NCBI GenBank assembly: GCA_963820825.1
Contig: CAWGBN010000009.1
Span: forward strand, 160,001 to 224,000
Direction of reading: 5' to 3'
DNA from: Vulcanimicrobiota bacterium
GTDB taxonomy: Bacteria > Vulcanimicrobiota > Vulcanimicrobiia > Vulcanimicrobiales > Vulcanimicrobiaceae
DNA: 64,000 nt
A model generated the notes under the pieces. It was not told the DNA's origin, made no database searches, and worked only from the letters and a program-made list of their open reading frames with translations. The position numbers were made by a program, and so were the translations under genes. Shown here in pieces: positions 17,557-26,615 of the stretch (the stretch's first letter is position 1; the number at the start of each line of letters is the position of its first letter).

Positions 17557-20014
17557 TTGCGAGCGCGTCCTGCAGGGCGGTCGTTTTCGGCATGACCCTC
17601 CCAATCTCGAGCGATCGTTCCCACTCGTCGTAACCAATTACGCGCACGAGCGCGGCACGCGCGCGCTCGTACTCCGCCTGTTCGGCGCGTTCTCGGGGAA
17701 GGGCGCGTTCGCGTAACCTCGCGTCGACGTAGCCGAGCAGCCGGGCCGATCGCGACCGATTTTCAACGCCGTCTGCGGCCGGGCGGCTTAAAACAGCGAT
17801 CGCGGCCAGATGCTGCAGCGTCCAGTAGAGCACGACGTCGAGCTGCCGCTCGACGGAGAGCTCCAGCGCTTCGCGCGCGTAGCGCCGCGCTTCGGAGTAG
17901 CGATCCAAAGCCACGGCGTACGCGCAAGCGTTATGAAGCGCGCGCGTGACGTAGTGCAGATCGTTGAGCGCGCGCGCCCGGGCCAACGCATCTTCGGCGA
18001 GCGTCAAGGCGGTACCGGAATCACTCGCCGCCAACGCTAAGCTCGCGAGGTTGAGGGTGGCGCCGACGGCTGCGCCGTCGGCGCCGAGCGCCGCATAGAT
18101 TACCCGCGCCTCGTCGAGGTCGTCGCGCGCACCGGAGAAATTGCCGCCGATCGATCGCACGTATGCAAGCCCCTCTAGGATGAAGCCGACGAGCCTGCCG
18201 CTATCGAGGGCTCGCGCTTGGCTCAAGGCCGACTCCAAGTACGCTTGGCCCCGCCCGGCGTCCCCGAGGTATGCGTAGCCTCGCCCGACCATATTCTTCG
18301 CCCGCGCGATCCCGAGTGCATCGCCGAGTTGCTCGTACGCCGCGAGCGCCCGGCGGCTCGCATCCAGCACGACGGAGAACTCGCCGTAGACTTGGGCGAT
18401 GCAAGCTTCGGCATAATCGAGACCGGCACGAGCGTCGATCGGCGTCTCTTCGTCGATCGCCTGCTTCGCTGCGTAAATCCAGCGCCGCCCTTCCAGATTG
18501 GCGAAGTTGGTCCAAATCATGCGCAGCGCTGCAACGAGTCGAATGCCAAGAAGCACGTCGGCGCGAGCAACGATCGCCCAATCCAACGCGACGCGCCAAT
18601 TCTCAAGCTCGCGCCCGGCCCGGGCGAACCACTGCGCATCCGACGAGTATCCCCAGGAGCGATCGAGCTCTTCGCCGAGCGCGAGATATGCGAGGGCATG
18701 ACGGCGGGCGAAGGCTCCGCGTTCGCCCCGCGCATCGAGCTTCTCGCCGGCATATTCGCGAAAGGATTCCAAGAAACGGTAGCGCGTGCCGGTAGAGTCT
18801 CGATCGGCGACGACCAACGATTTGTCGACGAGCGAGGCGAAGAGATCGAGCGCCGAAACCGCAGCCGATTCGTCGTCGAAGCAAACCGTACTTGCCATCT
18901 CCATCGGGCAGCCGCCGGCGAAGACGGAGAGGCGATCGAAGAGACGGCGCTCTTCTTCGCTGAGCAGGTCGTAGCTCCAATCGATCGCTGCGCGCATCGT
19001 TTGTTGGCGCGGCAGCGCCGTGCGTCTTCCGCCGGCAAGAATCTTGAAGCGATCGTTCATACTCTCCGCGATCGCCGTAACGGAGAGTACGTTCGCTCGG
19101 GCGGCAGCGAGTTCGATCGCCAGCGGAATTCCGTCCAAGCGGCGGCAGATCTCCGCAACGAGCGGTGCGGTATCGTCGCGGAGCTCGAAGCGATGCTCGA
19201 CTGCGCGCGCGCGATCCGCAAAGAGCGTTACCGCGGCCGGCACGCCGAGTGACGGAAGCCGGTACGTTTGCTCGCCCGCGATTCGAAGCGGCTCGCGGCT
19301 CGTCGCGAGAACTCGCAAATGCGGGCAGGCTGCCAAGAGCGCGCCGGCGATCGCGGCGGCTTGCGCGACGACGTGCTCGCAGTTGTCGAATATCAATAAC
19401 GACCGCTTCTCCGAAAGGTAGGCTATCAGCGACGCGAGGAGCCGCTCATCGGAGAGCTCCTCGACGCCGATCGTCCGCCCGATCGTCTCCAGCAGCGAGG
19501 CGCTGCCCTCGACGGCAGCAAAGGCGATGAAACAGACGGCGCAACGATCGGTCTCGACGAGGACCTTACCGGCGTGGAGGGCCGTCTGCGTCTTACCGAT
19601 GCCTCCGGCACCCGTTAGCGTCACCAGGCGATGTTCGCCGATCAGCCGCACGACGTGAGCGAGGTCGAGGTCGCGCCCGATGAAGCTGGTCAAGACCGGC
19701 GGCAAATTCGAAAGCGGCACTTCGGTGCGCGGTGAGATCGCGCGCTGCCTACCGAGCCTCGGCGTGGGGCGTGAATCCGCGGCCGCCTGCCGGAACGCGC
19801 GCCGCTCGTCATCGCTCAGCGAAAGCGCTCGGGCCAGGAGTTCCAGCGTCTCTTGTTGCGGTGCTCGCCGGTAGCCGCGCTCCAGCGCGCTGACGCCGTT
19901 GGCGCTCATGCCCGCGCGTTTGGCAAGCGCCTCTTGCGAAAGCCCAGCCGCGACTCTAGACTTCCGCAGCAGCCTCCCAAAGACCGAACCCAACGGCTGT
20001 TCCTCGCCGTTCAT
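17525..20014 (-). CDS. XRE HTH + STAND/NB-ARC-like ATPase + TPR transcriptional regulator
   Basis: GLSQEALAKRAGMS...LERG; TGAGGIGKT Walker A; FDNCEH; ATSRE; CRRLDGIPLAIELAA. Confidence 0.92.
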   Translation of the reverse strand: MNGEEQPLGSVFGRLLRKSRVAAGLSQEALAKRAGMSANGVSALERGYRRAPQQETLELLARALSLSDDERRAFRQAAADSRPTPRLGRQRAISPRTEVPLSNLPPVLTSFIGRDLDLAHVVRLIGEHRLVTLTGAGGIGKTQTALHAGKVLVETDRCAVCFIAFAAVEGSASLLETIGRTIGVEELSDERLLASLIAYLSEKRSLLIFDNCEHVVAQAAAIAGALLAACPHLRVLATSREPLRIAGEQTYRLPSLGVPAAVTLFADRARAVEHRFELRDDTAPLVAEICRRLDGIPLAIELAAARANVLSVTAIAESMNDRFKILAGGRRTALPRQQTMRAAIDWSYDLLSEEERRLFDRLSVFAGGCPMEMASTVCFDDESAAVSALDLFASLVDKSLVVADRDSTGTRYRFLESFREYAGEKLDARGERGAFARRHALAYLALGEELDRSWGYSSDAQWFARAGRELENWRVALDWAIVARADVLLGIRLVAALRMIWTNFANLEGRRWIYAAKQAIDEETPIDARAGLDYAEACIAQVYGEFSVVLDASRRALAAYEQLGDALGIARAKNMVGRGYAYLGDAGRGQAYLESALSQARALDSGRLVGFILEGLAYVRSIGGNFSGARDDLDEARVIYAALGADGAAVGATLNLASLALAASDSGTALTLAEDALARARALNDLHYVTRALHNACAYAVALDRYSEARRYAREALELSVERQLDVVLYWTLQHLAAIAVLSRPAADGVENRSRSARLLGYVDARLRERALPRERAEQAEYERARAALVRVIGYDEWERSLEIGRVMPKTTALQDALAITNATSLKPR

Positions 20015-20076
20015 TCCGCCTCTGCGTTCTCGTCGAGTTGCGCGGCACCCGCATCCGCGCCGGCTGCGCCACCCCG

Positions 20077-20997
20077 CTACTTCGCGACGCTAACCGTGGC
20101 ACCGAACGGCGTGTAGAATCCTTTGAGCGTCTTGAACGGCGCACCACCCGCCGGGTAGTGCCAGAATCCGACCGTGCCCGGGCTCTCTTCGTTCGGTCCG
20201 ACGAGCGTCGAGCCCGCGATCCAGAACTGCTCGACGTCCGGACCATTCTTCAGCTTCACCGTATGCGCGACGCGGCCGCTCTCGCCCGATCGATAGATCA
20301 CGCCGGCACCACGGTTTGCAATCGCGACGTAGCTTCCATCCCACATCGTGCCGCCGGGATTCTGGAACTTTTCGCCGAGCTTGAACGTCTCCAAGTTCTT
20401 GCCGCCCTTTGGAAGCTCGACGAGAATAACGTTGCCCAAGCGATCCCACGCGTCGGCGAGGAGATTGCCCTTGCCGTCGTAGCCGCAGAACCACGTCGCA
20501 TCGACGTTCGTATCGCGAACGATCGTCGGCTTCCCCTTCGCTTTGGGATAGATCGCGAGCGCGCCATCGGAGTAGGCCGAGAGCTGCGTGAGTGCGAGAT
20601 TTCCGGTTACCGCGTCGACCGAACAACCGTATGGAGCGCCGGACGTGGCGATCTTGCGGATCGGCGTCGATCCGCCGTGTGTGTAGACGTCGACCGGCCC
20701 GGCCTCGTCGACCACGAAGACGTCGCCGGCCGTATCGGCGCATAGCCCGGCCACCGAACCGAATCCCGTCAACTCTCCAACGGGGGCTCCCTGCGGATAG
20801 GTGAAGACGTCGACGGAGTTTGCGCCGAGGTCCGATATATAGAGCAGATCTCGTGCCTTCGCGCGCGGTCCGCTTTGGAGGCCTTCTCCGGTCGCGCCGA
20901 GCGGCGAGGCTGGGAAGGCCGAGAGCGCTGCGCCGCAGCCGGCAAGCAGCATTGCCCAAATGCAAAGCACGACGCGGCCAATAGTCCAGGTCGTCAT
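20077..20997 (-). CDS. Secreted beta-propeller-like lipoprotein
   Basis: Lipobox LAGC; repeats LLYISD, GLCADTAGDVFV, GCSVDAVTGNLA, CGYDGKGNL, FWHYPAGG. Confidence 0.8.
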   Translation of the reverse strand: MTTWTIGRVVLCIWAMLLAGCGAALSAFPASPLGATGEGLQSGPRAKARDLLYISDLGANSVDVFTYPQGAPVGELTGFGSVAGLCADTAGDVFVVDEAGPVDVYTHGGSTPIRKIATSGAPYGCSVDAVTGNLALTQLSAYSDGALAIYPKAKGKPTIVRDTNVDATWFCGYDGKGNLLADAWDRLGNVILVELPKGGKNLETFKLGEKFQNPGGTMWDGSYVAIANRGAGVIYRSGESGRVAHTVKLKNGPDVEQFWIAGSTLVGPNEESPGTVGFWHYPAGGAPFKTLKGFYTPFGATVSVAK

Positions 20998-21050
20998 ACT
21001 CCGTATATTACCACGTCTGCCCGAGGCTGGGCAAAGTCCCCGTAAGAGTA

Positions 21051-21728
21051 ATGGGACTCACGGCGCAGAACCCGCACTCCATGACGACCGAGCGTATCGC
21101 TCCGCGTTTAGGAATGCTCTCGATCGTGATCGCGATCATCGCGCTCATTGCGGTGCTGCCGGAACGGTACCATCTCGTGCCCGATTGGGTCGGATATTCG
21201 ATCGCGACGCTCATGATCGTACCGAGCATCTTCGTATCGCTGACGCACGGGAGCGCCCTTTGGCGACGCATCGAGCGGCTCGTCGACGTCGGCGTCGTCG
21301 GGATGGCGTTTCTGCTAAACTCGCTCAACCTGCTCATCGCCGCCTACAACCTCGTCGAAAACCCGGACAGACTCGCGCCGGTGCCGCTATTCTACACGTC
21401 CATCGGCGTCTGGTCGGGAAACGTTCTCATCTTCACGCTGATCTATTGGCTCGTCGACGGCGGCGGCGCCGATGCCCGGCAGAGCCGTTCCGCGGCCTAT
21501 CCCGATTTCGACTTTCCGGCAATGGACGATAGCGCGCACGTCCCTCCCGACTGGCGGCCGGGCATGATCGACTATCTCTTCTTAGCCTTCACCACCTCGA
21601 CCGCGTTCAGCCCCACCGAAGCGATGCCGTTGACGCCGCGCGCGAAGCTACTCGTCATCCTCCAGAGTAGCGTCTCGCTGGTGACGATCGCGATCGTCGC
21701 CGCGCGGACGATCAACATCCTGAAATAA
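21051..21728 (+). CDS. DUF1345-like membrane protein
   Basis: W.GNVLIF.L.YW.VDGGG, DFDFP, W.PGMIDYLFLAFTTSTAFSPTE. Confidence 0.8.
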   Translation: MGLTAQNPHSMTTERIAPRLGMLSIVIAIIALIAVLPERYHLVPDWVGYSIATLMIVPSIFVSLTHGSALWRRIERLVDVGVVGMAFLLNSLNLLIAAYNLVENPDRLAPVPLFYTSIGVWSGNVLIFTLIYWLVDGGGADARQSRSAAYPDFDFPAMDDSAHVPPDWRPGMIDYLFLAFTTSTAFSPTEAMPLTPRAKLLVILQSSVSLVTIAIVAARTINILK

Positions 21729-21755
21729 GTTCGCCAATCGCCGAACGCGCCGCCG

Positions 21756-22311
21756 CTATCTGCTCGGCGGCTGCGACGTCGCGGCGGGTTGCGGTGGCTT
21801 ACCGATCGGAATCGAGTCGAGCGTAACCGTGTCGAGCCGATATTGACCTTCGCCGACGTATTGGTTCGGCCGAGTTGATCGATCTGCCCATGAACGCTGA
21901 CGAACGTGCCGTTCCGAGTTGAAAGCGCGAGCATTACGCTCCTCGCGGGAAGTTTTGCAGACGAACCCGACAACGGCTGCGCGGCATCCGTGTAGTTCAG
22001 ATAGATCGTGCCGGTCTTGAGGTCGAGCGCGTTGCTCCGCCCGCTTTGCACGAGCACTGCGGCCGTGGGATAGCAGACGATGATTTGGGCCTGATACGAG
22101 CACGCGGCGCGTGTTACTACGATCGTCCCGTCTCCGTCCTCAGACGTCAGGAAAAGCGACCCAGAGAAGACGCGAATATCCACGTCGCTATAGGTATTGA
22201 CTCCGCGGTGCGATGGTGGATATTCAACGTTCCCCTGGCGCTCGCGACGAAGGGGACTAGGGCGCAAGCCAACAAGAGAGCCACCACGGCGATCTTTTGA
22301 GCGTGTATCAT
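21756..22311 (-). pseudogene. Secreted hypothetical protein, broken by a frameshift (~22205) and with an uncertain 3' end
   Basis: MIHAQKIAVVALLLACALVPFVASA signal in one frame; protein-like body (NTYSDVDIRV...GQIDQ) in another; a third protein-like tail ends at 21756. Confidence 0.5.
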
Positions 22312-22348
22312 GGTTCGGTGTCCTCCCGATAAAGGGCACTCGTAAGGA

Positions 22349-22357
22349 TGCTATAAT
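22349..22357 (+). promoter_or_regulatory. Extended -10 promoter (TGCTATAAT)
   Basis: Consensus TGnTATAAT 11 nt upstream of the GTG at 22369. Confidence 0.6.
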
Positions 22358-22368
22358 GATTCGCTCGC

Positions 22369-23232
22369 GTGAGTATCCAGGGAAGAACTCGTTACGCTCC
22401 CTTCACAAGTACGATTTCGGGCGGTCTCCTCGTCGTGCTCACCGCTCTAACGACGAGTCACGCCGTCGCCGGCTGCCTCCCCCATACGGGCGCGACGCCG
22501 TCGTCCTCAGCGCCCGCGGAGGAGCCGCCGCTCTACTCGATGACCGATGACGTATTCACTCTCGACCGCGACGCCACGCTCTATTATTTCTTTCGTGGAA
22601 ATCTGGACGGCAGCGCAAAGGCGAAATATGAGATCCGCTACGATCGGAATCTCTGGAATACGTGCGCGCAGCTTCAAATCCGGCTTCCATACGTAACGAG
22701 GTATCCGGTCGCGCCCGATCCGCACTCGCCGGGCGCCAATCCCTATTCCGGCTTCGGCAACGCGGAGCTCCGATATTCGTATAGCGTCGTCTCGACGAGG
22801 TTCGACCACTCGCTGGAGGCGGCAGCAGCCTTCCCTACCGAGTCGAACGGCGTCGAGAGTGACGATACGAGGTTGAAGTTCTTCTACGCAACCAAATGGC
22901 GCTGGAACGGCGGCTCCGTCTCCTACATCAACGAGTACGATCAGACGATCGTCAGGCCGCCGGGCGCGAGATACACAAGCTTTTATGAAGGGAAGCTCGC
23001 GCTTCCCGATTATGCGTTCGCCGATTCGCCGGCCTGGCGCGGGATCAAGATATCGGCACTTTATGACTATCGTCTGCTGTTCAGCAACGGCGGCGCCTAC
23101 CGGTCGGCGATCGGGGCGTTCATCTACGGCAGGATCGGCGATGTCGCGCTCAACATCGTGGACTCTTTTGGCATCGGCCCGAACGGTCTTTGGAAGTATA
23201 AGGTCGAGGCTAGTGCGGTCGCTCGATTCTAA
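22369..23232 (+). CDS. Putative outer-membrane beta-barrel protein
   Basis: Signal-like N-terminus, Tyr/Trp-rich amphipathic strands, C-terminal Phe (YKVEASAVARF). Confidence 0.6.
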   Translation: MSIQGRTRYAPFTSTISGGLLVVLTALTTSHAVAGCLPHTGATPSSSAPAEEPPLYSMTDDVFTLDRDATLYYFFRGNLDGSAKAKYEIRYDRNLWNTCAQLQIRLPYVTRYPVAPDPHSPGANPYSGFGNAELRYSYSVVSTRFDHSLEAAAAFPTESNGVESDDTRLKFFYATKWRWNGGSVSYINEYDQTIVRPPGARYTSFYEGKLALPDYAFADSPAWRGIKISALYDYRLLFSNGGAYRSAIGAFIYGRIGDVALNIVDSFGIGPNGLWKYKVEASAVARF

Positions 23233-23330
23233 AGATCGCCGCCTTCTCAACTTCTTCCCGAGTTCTGAACAAACGACGCTCATTGGGGTGGTACGTTGAT
23301 TTTCCAACAGAAAGGGAGAGCAGTATATCT

Positions 23331-24008
23331 ATGAATCGTTTTGCTTTATCGCTACTCGGATGCTTAGCGCTCGCGGCAACCACGTTTACCACGGCCATCG
23401 CGAGTCCACCGAACCTTACCGGCACCTGGACCGTCGAGCAGAATGGCCTCAACGGAGGCACCACGACCAAGGTCACGCTCAAACAGTCCGGAAACGGCCT
23501 GGTCGGCAGCGGCTCGACCGGCAACGGCTTCACCGGCGAGTTCGTGACCGACGCGCAGATCAACGGTAAGTGGCATGGACCGGGAGGCGCCGGCTGGTTG
23601 ACGATTTACGTCAGCCCGAACGGCCACAGCTTCAACGGCACCTGGGGCTACAACGGCCGGGCCGCAAACGGATCGTTTGTCGGCAATAAGATCCTACCGC
23701 CCTCGCCGATTACCGCGAAGGGTACGTGGAACGTGACCGGTGCCGGCGGACCGACGATGTTTGTCGGCGAGATGAAATGCACCGAATCCGGCCCATCCGT
23801 TGTCTGCATGAGCGGCCCCGTCAAGATCCAAGGCAAATTCCGGACGACCGACAAGGTCCGCGCCACGTGGAGCGGCGGCGGAAAATCAGGCTGGTTCTCG
23901 TTCTGGTTTAACGGCGACAACAATAGCTTCAACGGCATTTGGGGCAAAGGCGCCGACACCACGCCGCCGGTGGGGCGCGTCGTCGGTCAGCGCTCTCTCG
24001 GGGGCTAA
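23331..24008 (+). CDS. Secreted protein with two tandem small beta-barrel repeats
   Basis: Signal peptide; repeats LTGTWTV...GKW.GPGGAGW...SFNGTWG and AKGTWNV...ATWSGGGKSGW...SFNGIWG. Confidence 0.75.
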   Translation: MNRFALSLLGCLALAATTFTTAIASPPNLTGTWTVEQNGLNGGTTTKVTLKQSGNGLVGSGSTGNGFTGEFVTDAQINGKWHGPGGAGWLTIYVSPNGHSFNGTWGYNGRAANGSFVGNKILPPSPITAKGTWNVTGAGGPTMFVGEMKCTESGPSVVCMSGPVKIQGKFRTTDKVRATWSGGGKSGWFSFWFNGDNNSFNGIWGKGADTTPPVGRVVGQRSLGG

Positions 24009-24009
24009 C

Positions 24010-25412
24010 TTGACCTCGCATACCAACCCCGGATCATCGATCGGCTCGGGCGGGCAAAGCTCGCCCGAGTCGCACCCTTCCCCGCGCGACCTCGGCGCCG
24101 CCGGCAAGGATCTTCGCAAGCGCGTGCCGCGCGCTTCACATGCGGAGCTCAAGCTTCCAACGAAACGCGATCCTCTCGGCATCCTGCGAAAGGCCGATGG
24201 CGATCGGCTCCCCGAACTCGTCCCGATCCGTACGGCCGAATGATCGCCTCTCCATTCACCTTTTACCGGGGAGCGGCCGCGGTGATGGCCGCCGATCTCG
24301 CTCACACGCCGGCAACCGGCGTGGAAGTTCAGGCGTGCGGCGATTGCCATCTTAAAAACTTCGGCGGCTTCGCAACGCCGGAGCGCAACATCGTCTTCGA
24401 CATCAACGACTTCGACGAAACGCTGCCCGCGCCGTGGGAGTGGGACGTCAAACGCCTCGCGGCATCCTTCGTGCTTGCCGTTCGCGAGAACGGCCTGTCA
24501 AAGCGCGTCGCGCGCGAGGTCACCCTCACCTGCGCGAGCACGTATCGGCGGACGATTCCCGAGTTCGCCGATTTCGATCCGTTGGCCGTCTGGTACGCAA
24601 AACTCACATCCGAGGATCTTCTCGACTTGGTACCCGTCGGCGATCGAGCGCGAATCGAGCGACGCGTCACAAAGGCGGGGGCTCAGCGAGGGGCCGACGT
24701 CGACTACCCCAAGCTCGCCGAAGTCGTTCACGGCGAGATTCGTATCCACGATAGCCCTCCGTTGATCTTTCATCCGGAGATCGCGCGAACGCCGGAGTTC
24801 GCGCTGCAGGTCGAGGCGATCTTGCAGGAGTACCGCGAGAGCCTTCCGCACGATCGCCGCGTTCTAGTCGACCGTTATACCTTCGTCGATGCCGCGATCA
24901 AAGTCGTCGGCATCGGCAGCGTGGGAACGCGCTGCTGGATCGCCCTGCTCATGTCGCCGGCGAACGAGCCGCTCTTCTTGCAGTTCAAACAGGCCCACGC
25001 ATCGGTTCTGGAGCCCTATACGGCAAAGAGCGCCTACCCGCACCACGGCCAGCGCGTCGTCGTCGGACAGCGGCTGATGAAAGCGGCGTCGGATATTTTT
25101 CTCGGATGGACGACCGGACCGAACGGGGAATTCTACGTCCGTCAGCTGCGTGACGCAAAAATCGCCCCAAACGTCGAGACCTTCGACGAGGGTTTGTTTG
25201 AAGCGTACGCGCGCGCCTGCGGCTGGAATCTCGCGCGCGCCCATGCCAAGTCCGGAAATGCGCGAATCCTGAGCGGCTATCTCGGAAAGAGCGACGAATT
25301 CGACGAAGCGATCGCCGACTTTGCGAGCGCCTATGCCGATCTCGCCGAGCGCGACCACGCCGCTCTCAAATCCGCGGTGAAAGCCGGCAAGATCGAGGTC
25401 TACACTGAATAA
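24010..25412 (+). CDS. DUF2252 family protein (frameshift near 24230)
   Basis: RLPELVPIR(YGR)M.ASPFTFYRG, CGDCHLKNFG, FDINDFDE, KVVGIGSVG, YVRQLRDAK. Confidence 0.9.
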
Positions 25413-25415
25413 GAG

Positions 25416-26615
25416 TTGCACGTGATAGAACGACGGAGTTTCTTACTGTCGCTTGGGGCGACTGCTTTGGCACCGGCGTTGCTCGGCTCATCTGGCGGCG
25501 ACACGGCGTACGAGGCGCTGGACCGCGCGCTGGTGCTCAGCGGCGGCGGTGCGCGCGGCGCGTACGAAGCGGGAGTCGTCGGAGCGCTCGCGGCGATCGG
25601 CGGCGTAAGCGACGGTTCGCCGCTTGCGCCCTACGAAATCGTCTGCGGAACCTCGATCGGGGCACTCAATGGTTGGGCCGTCGCGACGGGCCAATACACA
25701 AAGCTGCGCAAACTCTGGTACGGCGTCAGCGGCCAGGATATCATCCGTCCGAAGCCCCAGTACGCCGCTTTGCGCGATCCTGAGAGTGGGCTGTTCAACC
25801 GCATCGCCTCGGTCGTAACCTTGACCGGTCTTGCAAGAAATCAGCGTGCACTTTTGCAGAGCGAACCGGTCATGGATTGGATCTCTCGCAACATCGACGT
25901 TACGATCCCGCTGCTGATGCCCTTGGTGTGGGCCGTCACGAATCTCACGTTGCAGCGTCCGGAATACTTCTTCATACGACCGAATCGAGACCAAAACGTA
26001 CCTGAAGAAGTAACCCAAGCACTCCGCGTCGCTTTGGGCCCACACACCGTCGTCCGAGAGGCGACGCCCGATCTCTTGCACCGCGCGATCTTTGCCTCGG
26101 CCGCTCTTCCGCTCGTCTTCGATCCCGTTCCGATTCCGAATCCCGACGGTACGGTCAACGAGTATTGCGACGGTGGGGTCGCGAGCAACTCGCCGGTCGG
26201 AATCGCTCATGCGTTTTCCAAGAGAGCCGACGTCGTTTTGTTGGACCCGCCGTTCGAACCGGACACTAACTACGCGGACGCCGTAGAGGTCGCCTTCGGC
26301 GTATTCGGCACGATGCAGCGAAAGATCATGGAGAGCGAGATGCGCAACGCCTACTTTCAATCGGTCGGCAAGCGCGCGTTCACGCGCCTCACGCCTGGAG
26401 ACTCTGCAAAAGCGACGCAAGCCAATCCCGGCCTCGCGAAGGTTATGCTGGCAATCTCCGCAACCGACCTCAGATATATCAGACCCGCAAAGGAGCTCCC
26501 GGTGAGCGTTGCGGGATTTAACGATGAAGTCGGCATTGGAAAGGCCTACCGGCTTGGCTGGGAGGATATGGGCGCGGGCTTCACGCCATACGATTGGGAG
26601 ACGTTCGAGCTGTAG
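25416..26615 (+). CDS. Patatin-like phospholipase with Tat-like signal
   Basis: ERRSFL twin-arginine; GGGARGAY, GTSIG, ASAALP and DGG motifs. Confidence 0.9.
   Translation: MHVIERRSFLLSLGATALAPALLGSSGGDTAYEALDRALVLSGGGARGAYEAGVVGALAAIGGVSDGSPLAPYEIVCGTSIGALNGWAVATGQYTKLRKLWYGVSGQDIIRPKPQYAALRDPESGLFNRIASVVTLTGLARNQRALLQSEPVMDWISRNIDVTIPLLMPLVWAVTNLTLQRPEYFFIRPNRDQNVPEEVTQALRVALGPHTVVREATPDLLHRAIFASAALPLVFDPVPIPNPDGTVNEYCDGGVASNSPVGIAHAFSKRADVVLLDPPFEPDTNYADAVEVAFGVFGTMQRKIMESEMRNAYFQSVGKRAFTRLTPGDSAKATQANPGLAKVMLAISATDLRYIRPAKELPVSVAGFNDEVGIGKAYRLGWEDMGAGFTPYDWETFEL

Noticed and set aside
17525..20014. STAND ATPase as an anti-phage Avs/NLR defence system
   Set aside because: The architecture is XRE HTH-ATPase-TPR, typical of transcription regulators; it has no nuclease or other effector domain
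25416..26615. Patatin as a CBASS (CapV) effector
   Set aside because: No CD-NTase nearby, and the protein has a Tat-like export signal
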